The notes under the pieces: generated by a model
The model's database searches: none
What the model saw: the letters and a program-made list of their open reading frames with translations, nothing else
Told to the model about the DNA's origin: nothing
In this document: one piece after another, positions 7,564 through 17,036 of the stretch
How the letters are laid out: every line of letters begins with the position of its first letter
How positions within the stretch are numbered: the stretch's first letter is position 1
IMG/VR virus record: IMGVR_UViG_3300019762_000006
Location: 1-64,000 of that record
DNA from: a virus
Strand: one strand, 5' to 3'
Length of the DNA: 64,000 nucleotides
Program-made: the position numbers and the translations under genes

Positions 7564-9415
7564 GTTGACCGAAGAACAGAAACGTGAGGAACTAGCCGAA
7601 CTAGTTGAGCTGTATGGTGAAGACATAGTAAAAGATGTAGTTGACCAAGCAACTAAAAGACAGGCTTCTGAAGATGCTAAGGAATTGCTAAAAGATGCTG
7701 AGTTCGATTTGGATGGGGCACTGGATAGCTACGACCCAACGTTCCCAAGGTATAATCCAAGTGCGGATGCGTTCGAGTTCTTCATATTAATGAGATTAGT
7801 ACAAGGTGGAGACTTCGAGTTTGATACTCCAATAGCACACTACTTCATGGTTGATATGTTGTTAGGACATATAACAGATCCAATGATGTTCCCATATAGT
7901 GAAGAGATATGTTCAAAGATAGAGATAGATATAAATGCAATTGGGTTTATGGCAAGTAGAGGTTTAGCTAAATCAACAGTTGGTATATCTTTCTTTGCAG
8001 TATACAGTGCAATGAAAGGTAAACTTCCAAATGGTATTGGTAAAGTGTACTTCTACCTACTACTAGCAGCATCAAGTAAAGGTGGGGCAAGAGTAAATGC
8101 TCTAGCTGTAAAAGCAATGTGTGAGGATAGTAAATACTTAAACGACTACTTTGAGGAAATGAGATTTACTGAGACTGAGAGTGAGTTCATACGAAAAGAT
8201 CCTACAGGAAAAATAGCTAAAAAAGACAGGTCTTTCCTAATGAGATATCAAGGTATCAATACTGGCGTAAGGGGTTCAAGATATGGTGAAAGAAGACCAG
8301 ATGCAATAATATTTGATGATGCTATTCTAAATACAGCAGCTGCCTATTCAAAAGTAATGATGGATAACTTGGATGAAATACTAAACTCAGATGCTACCAA
8401 TGCGTTAAAAGGTGGTGGTAAAGGTAGAGTTCTACTGTACTTCACACCATTCCACTATGGAGACGTAAATACAAAAGCAATATTGAATGGGTCGTTTACT
8501 CCAGTAGTAATCCCAATGGCTAAAGCATTTGATGCTGAAAGTCCTACGCTCAAAGCAACAGACATACATAGTAGTTGGGAGGCAATGCACCCTAGAATAT
8601 CAATACTAAGCCTGATAAAGCGTGCGAAGAAGGCTAAGAAGCTTGGGCTGTTCCTGCAAGAGCGTATGCTGAGACTAACTAGTGGAAGTGAAAGATTGGT
8701 TCCAGATGAGTGTTTACAGTTCTGTGATATGTCGGTAATAGAAAATAACTTAGATGGTTACAATATATACATAACAACAGACTTCACAACAACAAGTGGT
8801 GAACAGTCAGACTTTAGTGGTATGGCAACATGGGCAGTGAATAGTAACGAAGATTGGTTTATGTTGAATCTGCACCTACGAAAAATGGGGATGGAAACCC
8901 AATATGCAAATGCATTGCAAGATGCTGACAAATACAAGCGTAAAGGTAAATATGTAGAAATTGGGGTTGAGATAGATGGTAATCAATCTGCTCATGTGAA
9001 TGCACTAGAGAAGTTAATGAGAGATGCTGGAACATACCACACATTTGCTAAACAAAAAGGTCAACTAGATAGTCCTAGAAAAGGTATACTGAGTAAAAAC
9101 TCGGGAGTAGGCGGTAAACACGAAAGATTCAGAATTGCCAGTCAAGCGTTTCTGCAGAAAAAGATATACTTACCAGAACACTTAAAAGACACACCAGATA
9201 TGCGAGAGTTCCTAGCACAAATTAGGGGTGCGACACATGAAGCCTTTACGAGATCAGATGATGGTCCAGACTTGGTGACAATGGCCATTGTTTCAATGCA
9301 TGTGTACTACCCTTCCTATGAGGCATCTACAGCACAAAAGGTAAGTCCTGATGGAGTACACTTCTTTGAAACTACATATACAGGTTCTACAATATCTGCC
9401 TATAGTAGCTACTAA
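7547..9415 (+). CDS. terL: terminase large subunit (N4 gp68-like)
   Basis: Walker A SRGLAKST, GVRG..RPDAIIFDD Walker B, nuclease ITTDF..SDFS and DDGPD. Confidence 0.9.
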   Translation: MKMKTELTEEQKREELAELVELYGEDIVKDVVDQATKRQASEDAKELLKDAEFDLDGALDSYDPTFPRYNPSADAFEFFILMRLVQGGDFEFDTPIAHYFMVDMLLGHITDPMMFPYSEEICSKIEIDINAIGFMASRGLAKSTVGISFFAVYSAMKGKLPNGIGKVYFYLLLAASSKGGARVNALAVKAMCEDSKYLNDYFEEMRFTETESEFIRKDPTGKIAKKDRSFLMRYQGINTGVRGSRYGERRPDAIIFDDAILNTAAAYSKVMMDNLDEILNSDATNALKGGGKGRVLLYFTPFHYGDVNTKAILNGSFTPVVIPMAKAFDAESPTLKATDIHSSWEAMHPRISILSLIKRAKKAKKLGLFLQERMLRLTSGSERLVPDECLQFCDMSVIENNLDGYNIYITTDFTTTSGEQSDFSGMATWAVNSNEDWFMLNLHLRKMGMETQYANALQDADKYKRKGKYVEIGVEIDGNQSAHVNALEKLMRDAGTYHTFAKQKGQLDSPRKGILSKNSGVGGKHERFRIASQAFLQKKIYLPEHLKDTPDMREFLAQIRGATHEAFTRSDDGPDLVTMAIVSMHVYYPSYEASTAQKVSPDGVHFFETTYTGSTISAYSSY

Positions 9416-9471
9416 GTTTATATAAAGATTAGTTTGGTTATAATTGATGTAAATTAGTAGAAGGATAAGGT

Positions 9472-9873
9472 ATGACATTTGCAGAATTCAAACTTGTGAC
9501 AAAAGGGTTACTCAGTAGTGACTTCCCACTACCTACAGAAGATGCTGAAGTTAAAGCACTACTAGGAATGGCGTATACTTATATAGTTGATAGATGTCAG
9601 GTCCTAAACTTAACAACACTGGATAAAAGTGCCGATATACATAGATTAGGCAGAGGTGAGTATGTGATAAGAACTCCTGAACTGCCCGAAACGGATGAAT
9701 CTGAACTAGAAATAGACCACGCATTAGGTTATGTGGCTGCTAGTTTAGTTGCTAGCTATCTATCAGAGAAAAAGACCGCAGTACACCAATCAAGAGCTAA
9801 CACAGCAATAAATAGTTACAATGCTAAAGTTGATGAACTCATAGAAACATATGGAGATAAGAATGACAATTAA
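9472..9873 (+). CDS. putative head-tail adaptor/structural protein
   Basis: Position after TerL; helical, PELPETDESELEIDHALGYVAA. Confidence 0.45.
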   Translation: MTFAEFKLVTKGLLSSDFPLPTEDAEVKALLGMAYTYIVDRCQVLNLTTLDKSADIHRLGRGEYVIRTPELPETDESELEIDHALGYVAASLVASYLSEKKTAVHQSRANTAINSYNAKVDELIETYGDKNDN

Positions 9874-10321
9874 ATCAATACTTTTAAATACAGATACTGA
9901 TGGGTACACAGTCGATGAAGGAGTGCAAGAAGCAAAGAACTTGTTTAAGTGCAATAACACTCCGTATACACTAAAAGATGGTGTAGAAGGACCAAAAACT
10001 AGAGTAGTGTTCAATGAGCACTTCATAATGACAATGAGAGATGCAGATAGCAATGAGTGTATGGCTAAGATGAGTAAACTAGAGAAGTACTTATACTGGG
10101 ATTACCTTAACTATCAAGGAATTGTAAATGGTGTGATGTTTGCGAATCCAACATTTACAGATGAACAAATAGATGAGGCTGCTAAAACAGAATATGAAGC
10201 TGGTAATATATACCTAGCTCCAGAGTTAGTAGTAAGAACACTTAGTGATTGGGCTTATGCTGAAACACTGCAGTTCGACAAAGATAGTTGCTATGACATA
10301 ATGCATAGCTGGGAGGCATAG
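9851..10321 (+). CDS. hypothetical protein (start may be the second Met)
   Basis: ORF track; GGAG SD precedes MTIK. Confidence 0.65.
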   Translation: MEIRMTIKSILLNTDTDGYTVDEGVQEAKNLFKCNNTPYTLKDGVEGPKTRVVFNEHFIMTMRDADSNECMAKMSKLEKYLYWDYLNYQGIVNGVMFANPTFTDEQIDEAAKTEYEAGNIYLAPELVVRTLSDWAYAETLQFDKDSCYDIMHSWEA

Positions 10322-10323
10322 AT

Positions 10324-12561
10324 ATGAGTGGACAGAAAGATTTTTTGAATCTGTTAAGAGAAATACGAGGTACTGGAGCTCCAGGTGAAGCATATACAAA
10401 TGGTATATGGTACGAACTAACTGTAGCAGATATAGATGGTAATCCAGGAATATATGGGGATATACTTGCTAAGTATGGAGTAGTAACCGAAAGCGCTGGT
10501 ACATTCGATCAAGCAGTAGCAATACTAGAAAACTTGAATGTAGAAGTAACCACCCTTCCAGCTGGCACAGAAGCTACAAGCGCACTAGTAAATGGAGTGT
10601 GGCAATTGGGTATACCAAGAGGAGCAAATGGGGAGGATGGTGACAATGGTAGTACACCAGAGTTAGCATTAAACTATACAGCAGGCAACTTAAACTACAC
10701 AGTGACAGTAGATGGTGTAGATGTAACTTCTACAGTACTTGACTTAGATACTGCAATAGATACAATAGTAAATGATAATGTAGATGTACAGACTACGTTA
10801 CAAGCCAAGCAAGATGTAGTAGTTGCAGTAGATACTGCTCAGGCATTAGCAGATTCAATAGGTACTACAACAACAGCAAGTAAAGCAGAGCTAGATTCGC
10901 ACACTACAACTAAGAAAACTGAGATAGATGACTATGCTACAACAGTAGGTGTGGAGTTAACTGATATAGTAGATGCGAAGGTTACTGAATATGATGCTAA
11001 CGCAGTTATAAGATTAAGTCAATATGATGCTAACCACACGGACAAACTACAAGCATATAACACAAATGATGGTATAAAATTATCACAGTATAATGACAAT
11101 CATATAGAAAGACTAGAAGAGATAAACATAGCATACGCAGAGAGAATAGTGCAGATGCTGAGAACTAAAAGAGTTATGGGAATGGTAGATGAATACGTAG
11201 CTCAAACTGAGACACATATGATTGACTTCATATCAACAGATGATGCTAACTACATATACTACGGAAATGGAACATTACTAGAAGAAGGAGTCGACTACAC
11301 TGTATTCGATAAGAATACAATAGAGTTAACAGTAAAAGCTAATCCATACGATGTAATTACACAAATAAATACTAGAGTGCTAAAAGAGATGCTAACTGCA
11401 GAAGGTGCTTTATTTGATGAATTGCTTGGAGTTCCGGACGGAATTGCACAACTAGATGTAAATGGTAGTGTTCCTTCTACTCAACTGCCAAGTTATGTGG
11501 ACGATGTGTTAGAGGTTGCTGACTATGCCAGTTTACCAGTAACTGGTGAAACAGGTAAGATATACGTGGTAGTAGCCGATGAAACTAGTGGTAATGACAC
11601 TAGCTCATATAGATGGTCTGGTAGCGTATATGCAATGGTAAGTAACACACTGACAGCAGCTGATATAGAAGTACTATACGAAAGTGTAGCGAATACAAAT
11701 AAATATACGGATGCTGAGAAGAGTAAGTTAGATGGTGTAGAGGCAGGAGCAACTGCCGACCAAACAGCTGTTGAGATAGAAACTCTATATGAGGGTATAG
11801 CGAATACAAATAAGTTCACTGATACGGAAAAGCAACAATTAGCGGATTTGCCAAACGACTTAGATAGCAAACAAGACAACTTAGTTACAGGCATTAATAT
11901 AAAGACAATAAACCATTTGGATGTGCTTGGCAGTGGGAACTTAGATATAACAATAGGGTCTGGTGGATATGCTGCTAATGTGTATTTCACAACGGAACCA
12001 TCTACTACAGTTGGAACATATAATAGAATTAACTACGTTCCTGAAGTAACTGAGACAATACTTAGTGCTGTAGCGAATGATGGTACAACGCTAATGGAAG
12101 ACTACATATTCGATGGAGATGTGCTGTCCTCTTCAATACCTGCTGGTGAATGGGGGTTTCAGTTCAATAGGTACGTGAGTAATACTGCAGGAGATACGGT
12201 AATAAGATTTGAAATATTCAAAAGGTCTGCTGTAGGAACTGAAACAGTACTGTTTACGGTGGATTCACTACCGATAGAAGATGTAGTTGCTACACAAGAG
12301 TCAATACTAGTAACTAAGCCTGCATATACTGTAGCATCAACTGATAGAGTTGGTATAAAAGTGTATGCGGTAACAACAAGAACATCAGACACAACAGTGT
12401 CAATGGTGTTGGGTGATGGAAATGCTGCTTACTTCACTACCCCATTAGCACTTAGACATAATCAGCTAAGAGCTAGGGATGAAGTAGATAGTCACCCAAT
12501 TGGTGCCATAACTGGCTTACAAACAGCACTTAACGAACTACAAACGGTTGTTGAGTGGTAA
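10324..12561 (+). CDS. tail fibre / virion appendage protein (745 aa)
   Basis: Fibre motif GIAQLDVNGSVPSTQLPSYVDDVLE..GETGKIYV..YRWSGS; LGIPRG; internal repeat. Confidence 0.75.
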   Translation: MSGQKDFLNLLREIRGTGAPGEAYTNGIWYELTVADIDGNPGIYGDILAKYGVVTESAGTFDQAVAILENLNVEVTTLPAGTEATSALVNGVWQLGIPRGANGEDGDNGSTPELALNYTAGNLNYTVTVDGVDVTSTVLDLDTAIDTIVNDNVDVQTTLQAKQDVVVAVDTAQALADSIGTTTTASKAELDSHTTTKKTEIDDYATTVGVELTDIVDAKVTEYDANAVIRLSQYDANHTDKLQAYNTNDGIKLSQYNDNHIERLEEINIAYAERIVQMLRTKRVMGMVDEYVAQTETHMIDFISTDDANYIYYGNGTLLEEGVDYTVFDKNTIELTVKANPYDVITQINTRVLKEMLTAEGALFDELLGVPDGIAQLDVNGSVPSTQLPSYVDDVLEVADYASLPVTGETGKIYVVVADETSGNDTSSYRWSGSVYAMVSNTLTAADIEVLYESVANTNKYTDAEKSKLDGVEAGATADQTAVEIETLYEGIANTNKFTDTEKQQLADLPNDLDSKQDNLVTGINIKTINHLDVLGSGNLDITIGSGGYAANVYFTTEPSTTVGTYNRINYVPEVTETILSAVANDGTTLMEDYIFDGDVLSSSIPAGEWGFQFNRYVSNTAGDTVIRFEIFKRSAVGTETVLFTVDSLPIEDVVATQESILVTKPAYTVASTDRVGIKVYAVTTRTSDTTVSMVLGDGNAAYFTTPLALRHNQLRARDEVDSHPIGAITGLQTALNELQTVVEW

Positions 12562-12576
12562 TAAAAAGGAGAATAA

Positions 12577-14298
12577 ATGCCATATAGATTTAGGATACTG
12601 GCTCAGGATACTGATGGTACAAAGAGTAGACCTTTGGAAGAAGGTGAATTAGGATATGACGCATATGCTGCCGGAGGAGATGAAGGTAGAGTGTCAGTCG
12701 GTACAGCAAGCGGAACAGATGTTTTGCTAGCAAAAAAAGATGAGCACTACACAAAAACTGAAGTTGACAACGGGTTCGTAGATAAGACAACAATACAGAC
12801 TATAAATGGGATTAAGACATTTGGTGTCAGTCCAATCATCCCCGATGCTACAGCAGATGTTCAAGCTGTAAATAAAGGTCAGTTGGATTTAAAAGCAGAT
12901 AAAGCAACAACATATACAATAGCTGAGTCTGATAATAAATTTGCAGATAAATTAACAACATATACAAAAACGGAAGCTGATGATTTACTAGCTAACAAAT
13001 CAGACTTAAATGAAGAAAACACATTTACACAAACAAACACATTTACAGGAAAAGTTACAATCGGAGATAAAACATTTAACGACCCTAATATATATTCTCT
13101 TGGTATAAAAGGTGAAATAGGTTTTGGTGTAGCAACAGCACCTAGAAATATGATGAATAAAGCTGGTTGTATTGGACTGGATGGTCATGATGTTATAGGC
13201 TCTAAAGGATATGGAAACTATTTACACTTAAAAAGTGGAGCTATACTTGTATATATCCCAAAACATTACTATAAACTAACAATAAATACTCCAGACTTTT
13301 CAGATACAGCAGAAGTTGGGTATGTATTAGATAGAAGTTTTATAAATGGCGGTATAGAGTTAGACGGTATTTTTGTAGGAAAATATGGAGCTACCAACAA
13401 CAACGGAATACTAAGTTCACAATCTGGTCAAGACCCACTGAGTACAAATTCATCGCACAATCCAATATCAAATTTAGATGGGACACCAATTAATAATCTT
13501 GGTGGAATGTATGCAGCTGTGAAAACTATGGATAGCAATGCAGTAGTAACACCAAATTGGGTGTACAGTATGTTGGCAAGAATAGCACTTGCTCAAGGTC
13601 AATCTGCAACAAATACAACAGCTTGTGCATACATAGATGTAAATCCGAAAATGCCAAAAGGGAATCTAAACAATGCATTAAGCGATTACGATGACCCTAG
13701 CGTAACTTTTACGAGTAGTGGATATTCTAACTGTGCTTTAACAGGAAGCGGTAGCAATTTTGCAAAGACTACTCATAATGGTCAAGAGAACGGTATCACC
13801 GATTTAAATGGGAATATGTGGGAAATAGCAAGTGGTTTTATCCGTACTGATGTGGATGGATTTTTGATGCTAAAAGAATCTGTAGATATTAGAGATATAG
13901 TTGATGATAATAGTGTAGATGCTACAGGTGCTTATTTTGTAGGAAATTATGATGTAGTAGATTTATCTGATGTAGTATTTGATAACAGTGATCTAACATA
14001 TTTAGGAAATGGTGTAAATCAAGTTTTTCCAATGAGTACAGATAGAAACTCTATATCTTATAAGAAAAATGCACTTGGAATACCAAATGCAGATGGTCAT
14101 AGTGCAAGTGGTACTACAGAGTTCGGTAACGATGGAGTGTTTAGATATTTAACAAACGAGATGGTTGCTCGTCGCGGTGGTTATTGGGGTGACTCTTCTT
14201 ATGCTGGTGTGGGATGTATAAATATGGCTAATACACGGTTAGGTGGGTCTCCGATTGTAAGATCGTCTACTGGCGGTCGTGCCTGTATTATTGTATAG
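12577..14298 (+). CDS. receptor-binding tail fibre with C-terminal Mtd/FGE-like C-type lectin domain
   Basis: N-terminal YTKTE fibre repeats; DLNGNMWE and RRGGYW...AG...GGR C-terminus. Confidence 0.75.
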   Translation: MPYRFRILAQDTDGTKSRPLEEGELGYDAYAAGGDEGRVSVGTASGTDVLLAKKDEHYTKTEVDNGFVDKTTIQTINGIKTFGVSPIIPDATADVQAVNKGQLDLKADKATTYTIAESDNKFADKLTTYTKTEADDLLANKSDLNEENTFTQTNTFTGKVTIGDKTFNDPNIYSLGIKGEIGFGVATAPRNMMNKAGCIGLDGHDVIGSKGYGNYLHLKSGAILVYIPKHYYKLTINTPDFSDTAEVGYVLDRSFINGGIELDGIFVGKYGATNNNGILSSQSGQDPLSTNSSHNPISNLDGTPINNLGGMYAAVKTMDSNAVVTPNWVYSMLARIALAQGQSATNTTACAYIDVNPKMPKGNLNNALSDYDDPSVTFTSSGYSNCALTGSGSNFAKTTHNGQENGITDLNGNMWEIASGFIRTDVDGFLMLKESVDIRDIVDDNSVDATGAYFVGNYDVVDLSDVVFDNSDLTYLGNGVNQVFPMSTDRNSISYKKNALGIPNADGHSASGTTEFGNDGVFRYLTNEMVARRGGYWGDSSYAGVGCINMANTRLGGSPIVRSSTGGRACIIV

Positions 14299-14312
14299 TG
14301 AAAGGATAAAAA

Positions 14313-14729
14313 ATGGTTAAATATATAGAGTATAAAAAAGTTAGTGATGAGTTTACAACTCACGAGTTTAGAGGTGGAAATGAAGATGTAGTAGTTACAA
14401 ATTTTACTGGAAAAAATGTCTTAAAGCATATTGTTAGCATTGTCGCTGATGATACAGAAAAGATAGATGAGCTTATAGCTTCACAAAATCCACTTATAGA
14501 GTGTAGAGGGATAGTATATGAAGAGTTTAAAGATTTGGTTAGAAATAGTGACCAAATCGCAAATATAAATCGACAAGTAAAAGAATTAATAGCAGAGAGA
14601 TATGATATAGCAGATGAAATTGCTATGAGTAAAAGAGATGTTACAGATGAAAAAAGAGTTGCTTATGAAAATTATGTGACGGAGTGTGTTGTAGAGGGTA
14701 ATAAAATGAAAAGTGAGATAGGGTACTAA
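14313..14729 (+). CDS. fibre-associated hypothetical protein (138 aa)
   Basis: AAAGGA SD; IAERYDIADEIAM resembles tail-fibre accessory proteins. Confidence 0.55.
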   Translation: MVKYIEYKKVSDEFTTHEFRGGNEDVVVTNFTGKNVLKHIVSIVADDTEKIDELIASQNPLIECRGIVYEEFKDLVRNSDQIANINRQVKELIAERYDIADEIAMSKRDVTDEKRVAYENYVTECVVEGNKMKSEIGY

Positions 14730-14730
14730 A

Positions 14731-15039
14731 ATGATAAATACTTTTATTGAAAAATACTTTAGTAACTTCTGTGAGCGTGGGCAGAGATGCTCATGCTGGT
14801 TTGATGGTTGGTGGGGAGATGCATGTGCAGAGCATGATAAAGACTATCAAGAAAGAGCATATCTAGGCAGTAAACTGAGCTATGATTTAAAACTATGGAT
14901 TGGAGTAACATTAGCTAATAAGTGGTTAAGTCCAATAGGATTTGTTATGGGATTAGTTATGTTCGTTGCATTGTCACTAGCACCAAGAAGTTACGGGTTC
15001 TACAACAAATATAGAATAAAAACTAAGAAAGGAAGATAA
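14731..15039 (+). CDS. phospholipase-A2-like small membrane protein
   Basis: CSC..DG...CAEHDKDY...YDLKL (HD and downstream D motif) plus a TM segment. Confidence 0.5.
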   Translation: MINTFIEKYFSNFCERGQRCSCWFDGWWGDACAEHDKDYQERAYLGSKLSYDLKLWIGVTLANKWLSPIGFVMGLVMFVALSLAPRSYGFYNKYRIKTKKGR

Positions 15040-15687
15040 ATGGGAATCAATAGAGGAGGTTTACTACATAAAGCAAAGATATACGCAGCTACGTTCATAA
15101 TACTTATGGCACTGCTGATTGACAGTATGTTAGTACACCAGGTAGAAACAGAGAAGAGGGCTCAAGGAGTATTTAATATACAGCATACGATTAGCTGTAT
15201 GGGAAGATTCGAAAGAGCTATAGGTAAATTAGATTACCGTGGTATGAAAACCTGTGCTGAGGATATGAGAACTTCAATAACTGGAGATATGTTTATACTA
15301 GACTATGAGACAAAAGAGTTCCTGTATGATGGTAGTAGAGATATACCGTCTGGACAGAGACTGTACTTCACAGAGGACAGTATAGGAAAGTACTTCAATG
15401 ACTGGAAAAGTGCTGAAAAGGCGATGACTAAAATAGGTTCAGGAATTGATAGCACAGCAAAAGACCGTGTAAAGTACAACTATGACGGCGATGAAGAATG
15501 GTTAGAGTATAAGACATTCCAACCAAAGACACTAGGTAATAGATTAATAGTAATACAAGGAATACAGTCAGATGAAGCTCTAAGTGGGTACTCAGTAGTA
15601 AGAAACACAGCTAAGGTCCTAGCTGGGATGTATGCGATGTGGTTGTTATCAACTGGGATAGCGAGCAGACGCAATGACTACGCATGA
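15040..15687 (+). CDS. two-TM protein with Cache-like periplasmic domain
   Basis: N- and C-terminal hydrophobic helices; GDMFILDY..FLYD and YNYDGDEEWLEY..LIVIQG. Confidence 0.5.
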   Translation: MGINRGGLLHKAKIYAATFIILMALLIDSMLVHQVETEKRAQGVFNIQHTISCMGRFERAIGKLDYRGMKTCAEDMRTSITGDMFILDYETKEFLYDGSRDIPSGQRLYFTEDSIGKYFNDWKSAEKAMTKIGSGIDSTAKDRVKYNYDGDEEWLEYKTFQPKTLGNRLIVIQGIQSDEALSGYSVVRNTAKVLAGMYAMWLLSTGIASRRNDYA

Positions 15688-16009
15688 TATGTATATAGCA
15701 CTTGGGAGCATAAAGGATATACTATTAGGCATATCTGGAGGAGCAGTTGCGTATCTATTCGACTATTCGAAGGCTAAAAGGGAAGGTGATGACAAGTTTA
15801 GATTTCTATTGAGCTCTATGCTAATAAATATGACACTTGGAGCTTTCGTGGCCTATACAGTTGGGTCTATGTTGCCTGCAGATATGTCGTACAGAGATGC
15901 GATAATAGGATTCAGTGGTGTGACTGCTTACAACATAATACTACTTGCGGAGAGTAGATTTGCTGAGTGGTTAGTAAATAAATTACAAAATGGTACAAAG
16001 GATAAATAA
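15674..16009 (+). CDS. putative holin
   Basis: About three hydrophobic segments; in the lysis cluster. Confidence 0.6.
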   Translation: MTTHDMYIALGSIKDILLGISGGAVAYLFDYSKAKREGDDKFRFLLSSMLINMTLGAFVAYTVGSMLPADMSYRDAIIGFSGVTAYNIILLAESRFAEWLVNKLQNGTKDK

Positions 16010-16446
16010 TGTGGGCTAGTTTAATAAGCACAGTATTTGGTGGGGTGTCTACATACTTCACCAATAAACAAGAAATGAAAAAAGTGCAAATTGAGGCAGA
16101 TGTTGCTGTTATAAAAGCAGAAGCTAATGCCAAGATAGCAGTTAGTGAAGCTAAGATACAAATGGCTAAAACAGGGCAAGTTCAGGACTTCGATCTGGAT
16201 AAGATAGCTATGCAAAATATGGATAGATCATATAAGGATGAGTTTCTACTTGGGCTGTTTAGTATACCAATGATACTTGCGTTCATACCAGGACAGGCGG
16301 ATGTAGCACTAAAAGGGTTCGAAGTAATTGCTTCTATGCCACAATGGTATCAGTACACATTCATAGGAATGGTTGTGGTAATCTATGGTATGAGAGGGAT
16401 GCTTACTAAGCTCCTTGAACGAAAATCAATATTGCCTGGAAAGTAG
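16009..16446 (+). CDS. putative holin (3TM type)
   Basis: SYKDEF..LAFIP..MPQWYQY..IYGMRG; upstream of endolysin. Confidence 0.65.
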   Translation: MWASLISTVFGGVSTYFTNKQEMKKVQIEADVAVIKAEANAKIAVSEAKIQMAKTGQVQDFDLDKIAMQNMDRSYKDEFLLGLFSIPMILAFIPGQADVALKGFEVIASMPQWYQYTFIGMVVVIYGMRGMLTKLLERKSILPGK

Positions 16447-16451
16447 AAGAT

Positions 16452-16970
16452 ATGAGAGATGAAATAGAGTTAATGAAAAGATTAGAAGGTATGATGACTA
16501 CGTCGTATGATTGTACCTCAGGGAAAAGAACTGTTGGAATTGGGTTCAATATGGATGCAATTGGTGCTAGGAAAGTATGGGACAAATTACAAATACTAGA
16601 GGACTTCGATGCAGTGTATAACAAAAAACAAAAGTTATCGGAAGAGTCTGCTAGTAGATTGTTCGATAAAACATGGAATTGGTGTAAAAAGAAAGCAGAG
16701 GAGAGATGTGCTGAACTTGGAGTAGACTGGGAACCAATGGCTGCATGGCATAAGTTTGTACTTGCAGATATAGTATACAATACAGGAAGCATTAGTAAGT
16801 GGAGCAAAGTGGTAAAAGAAACGGCTCCTGGAATGGTGCTAATTGAGGCTAGGAGAAGACCACATGAGTTAATGGATTCGAGAATATCTAAGACAGCAAA
16901 ATACTTTGGGTTCATTGATACAGTAGAAGATGCTGTAGCAATGGGACTAAAATACGCTAAATACATATAG
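16452..16970 (+). CDS. endolysin, T4-lysozyme-like (GH24)
   Basis: LEG....YDCTSGKRTVGIGFN with the E-x8-D/C-x5-T catalytic arrangement. Confidence 0.8.
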   Translation: MRDEIELMKRLEGMMTTSYDCTSGKRTVGIGFNMDAIGARKVWDKLQILEDFDAVYNKKQKLSEESASRLFDKTWNWCKKKAEERCAELGVDWEPMAAWHKFVLADIVYNTGSISKWSKVVKETAPGMVLIEARRRPHELMDSRISKTAKYFGFIDTVEDAVAMGLKYAKYI

Positions 16971-17036
16971 TAGTTGATTAAGGATTACTTAATTAACTCT
17001 ATTGTACAATAAAGCAATAATTAACATAGGATATAC

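Noticed and set aside
14160-14730. Complete diversity-generating retroelement
   Set aside because: No template repeat and no reverse transcriptase seen in the window
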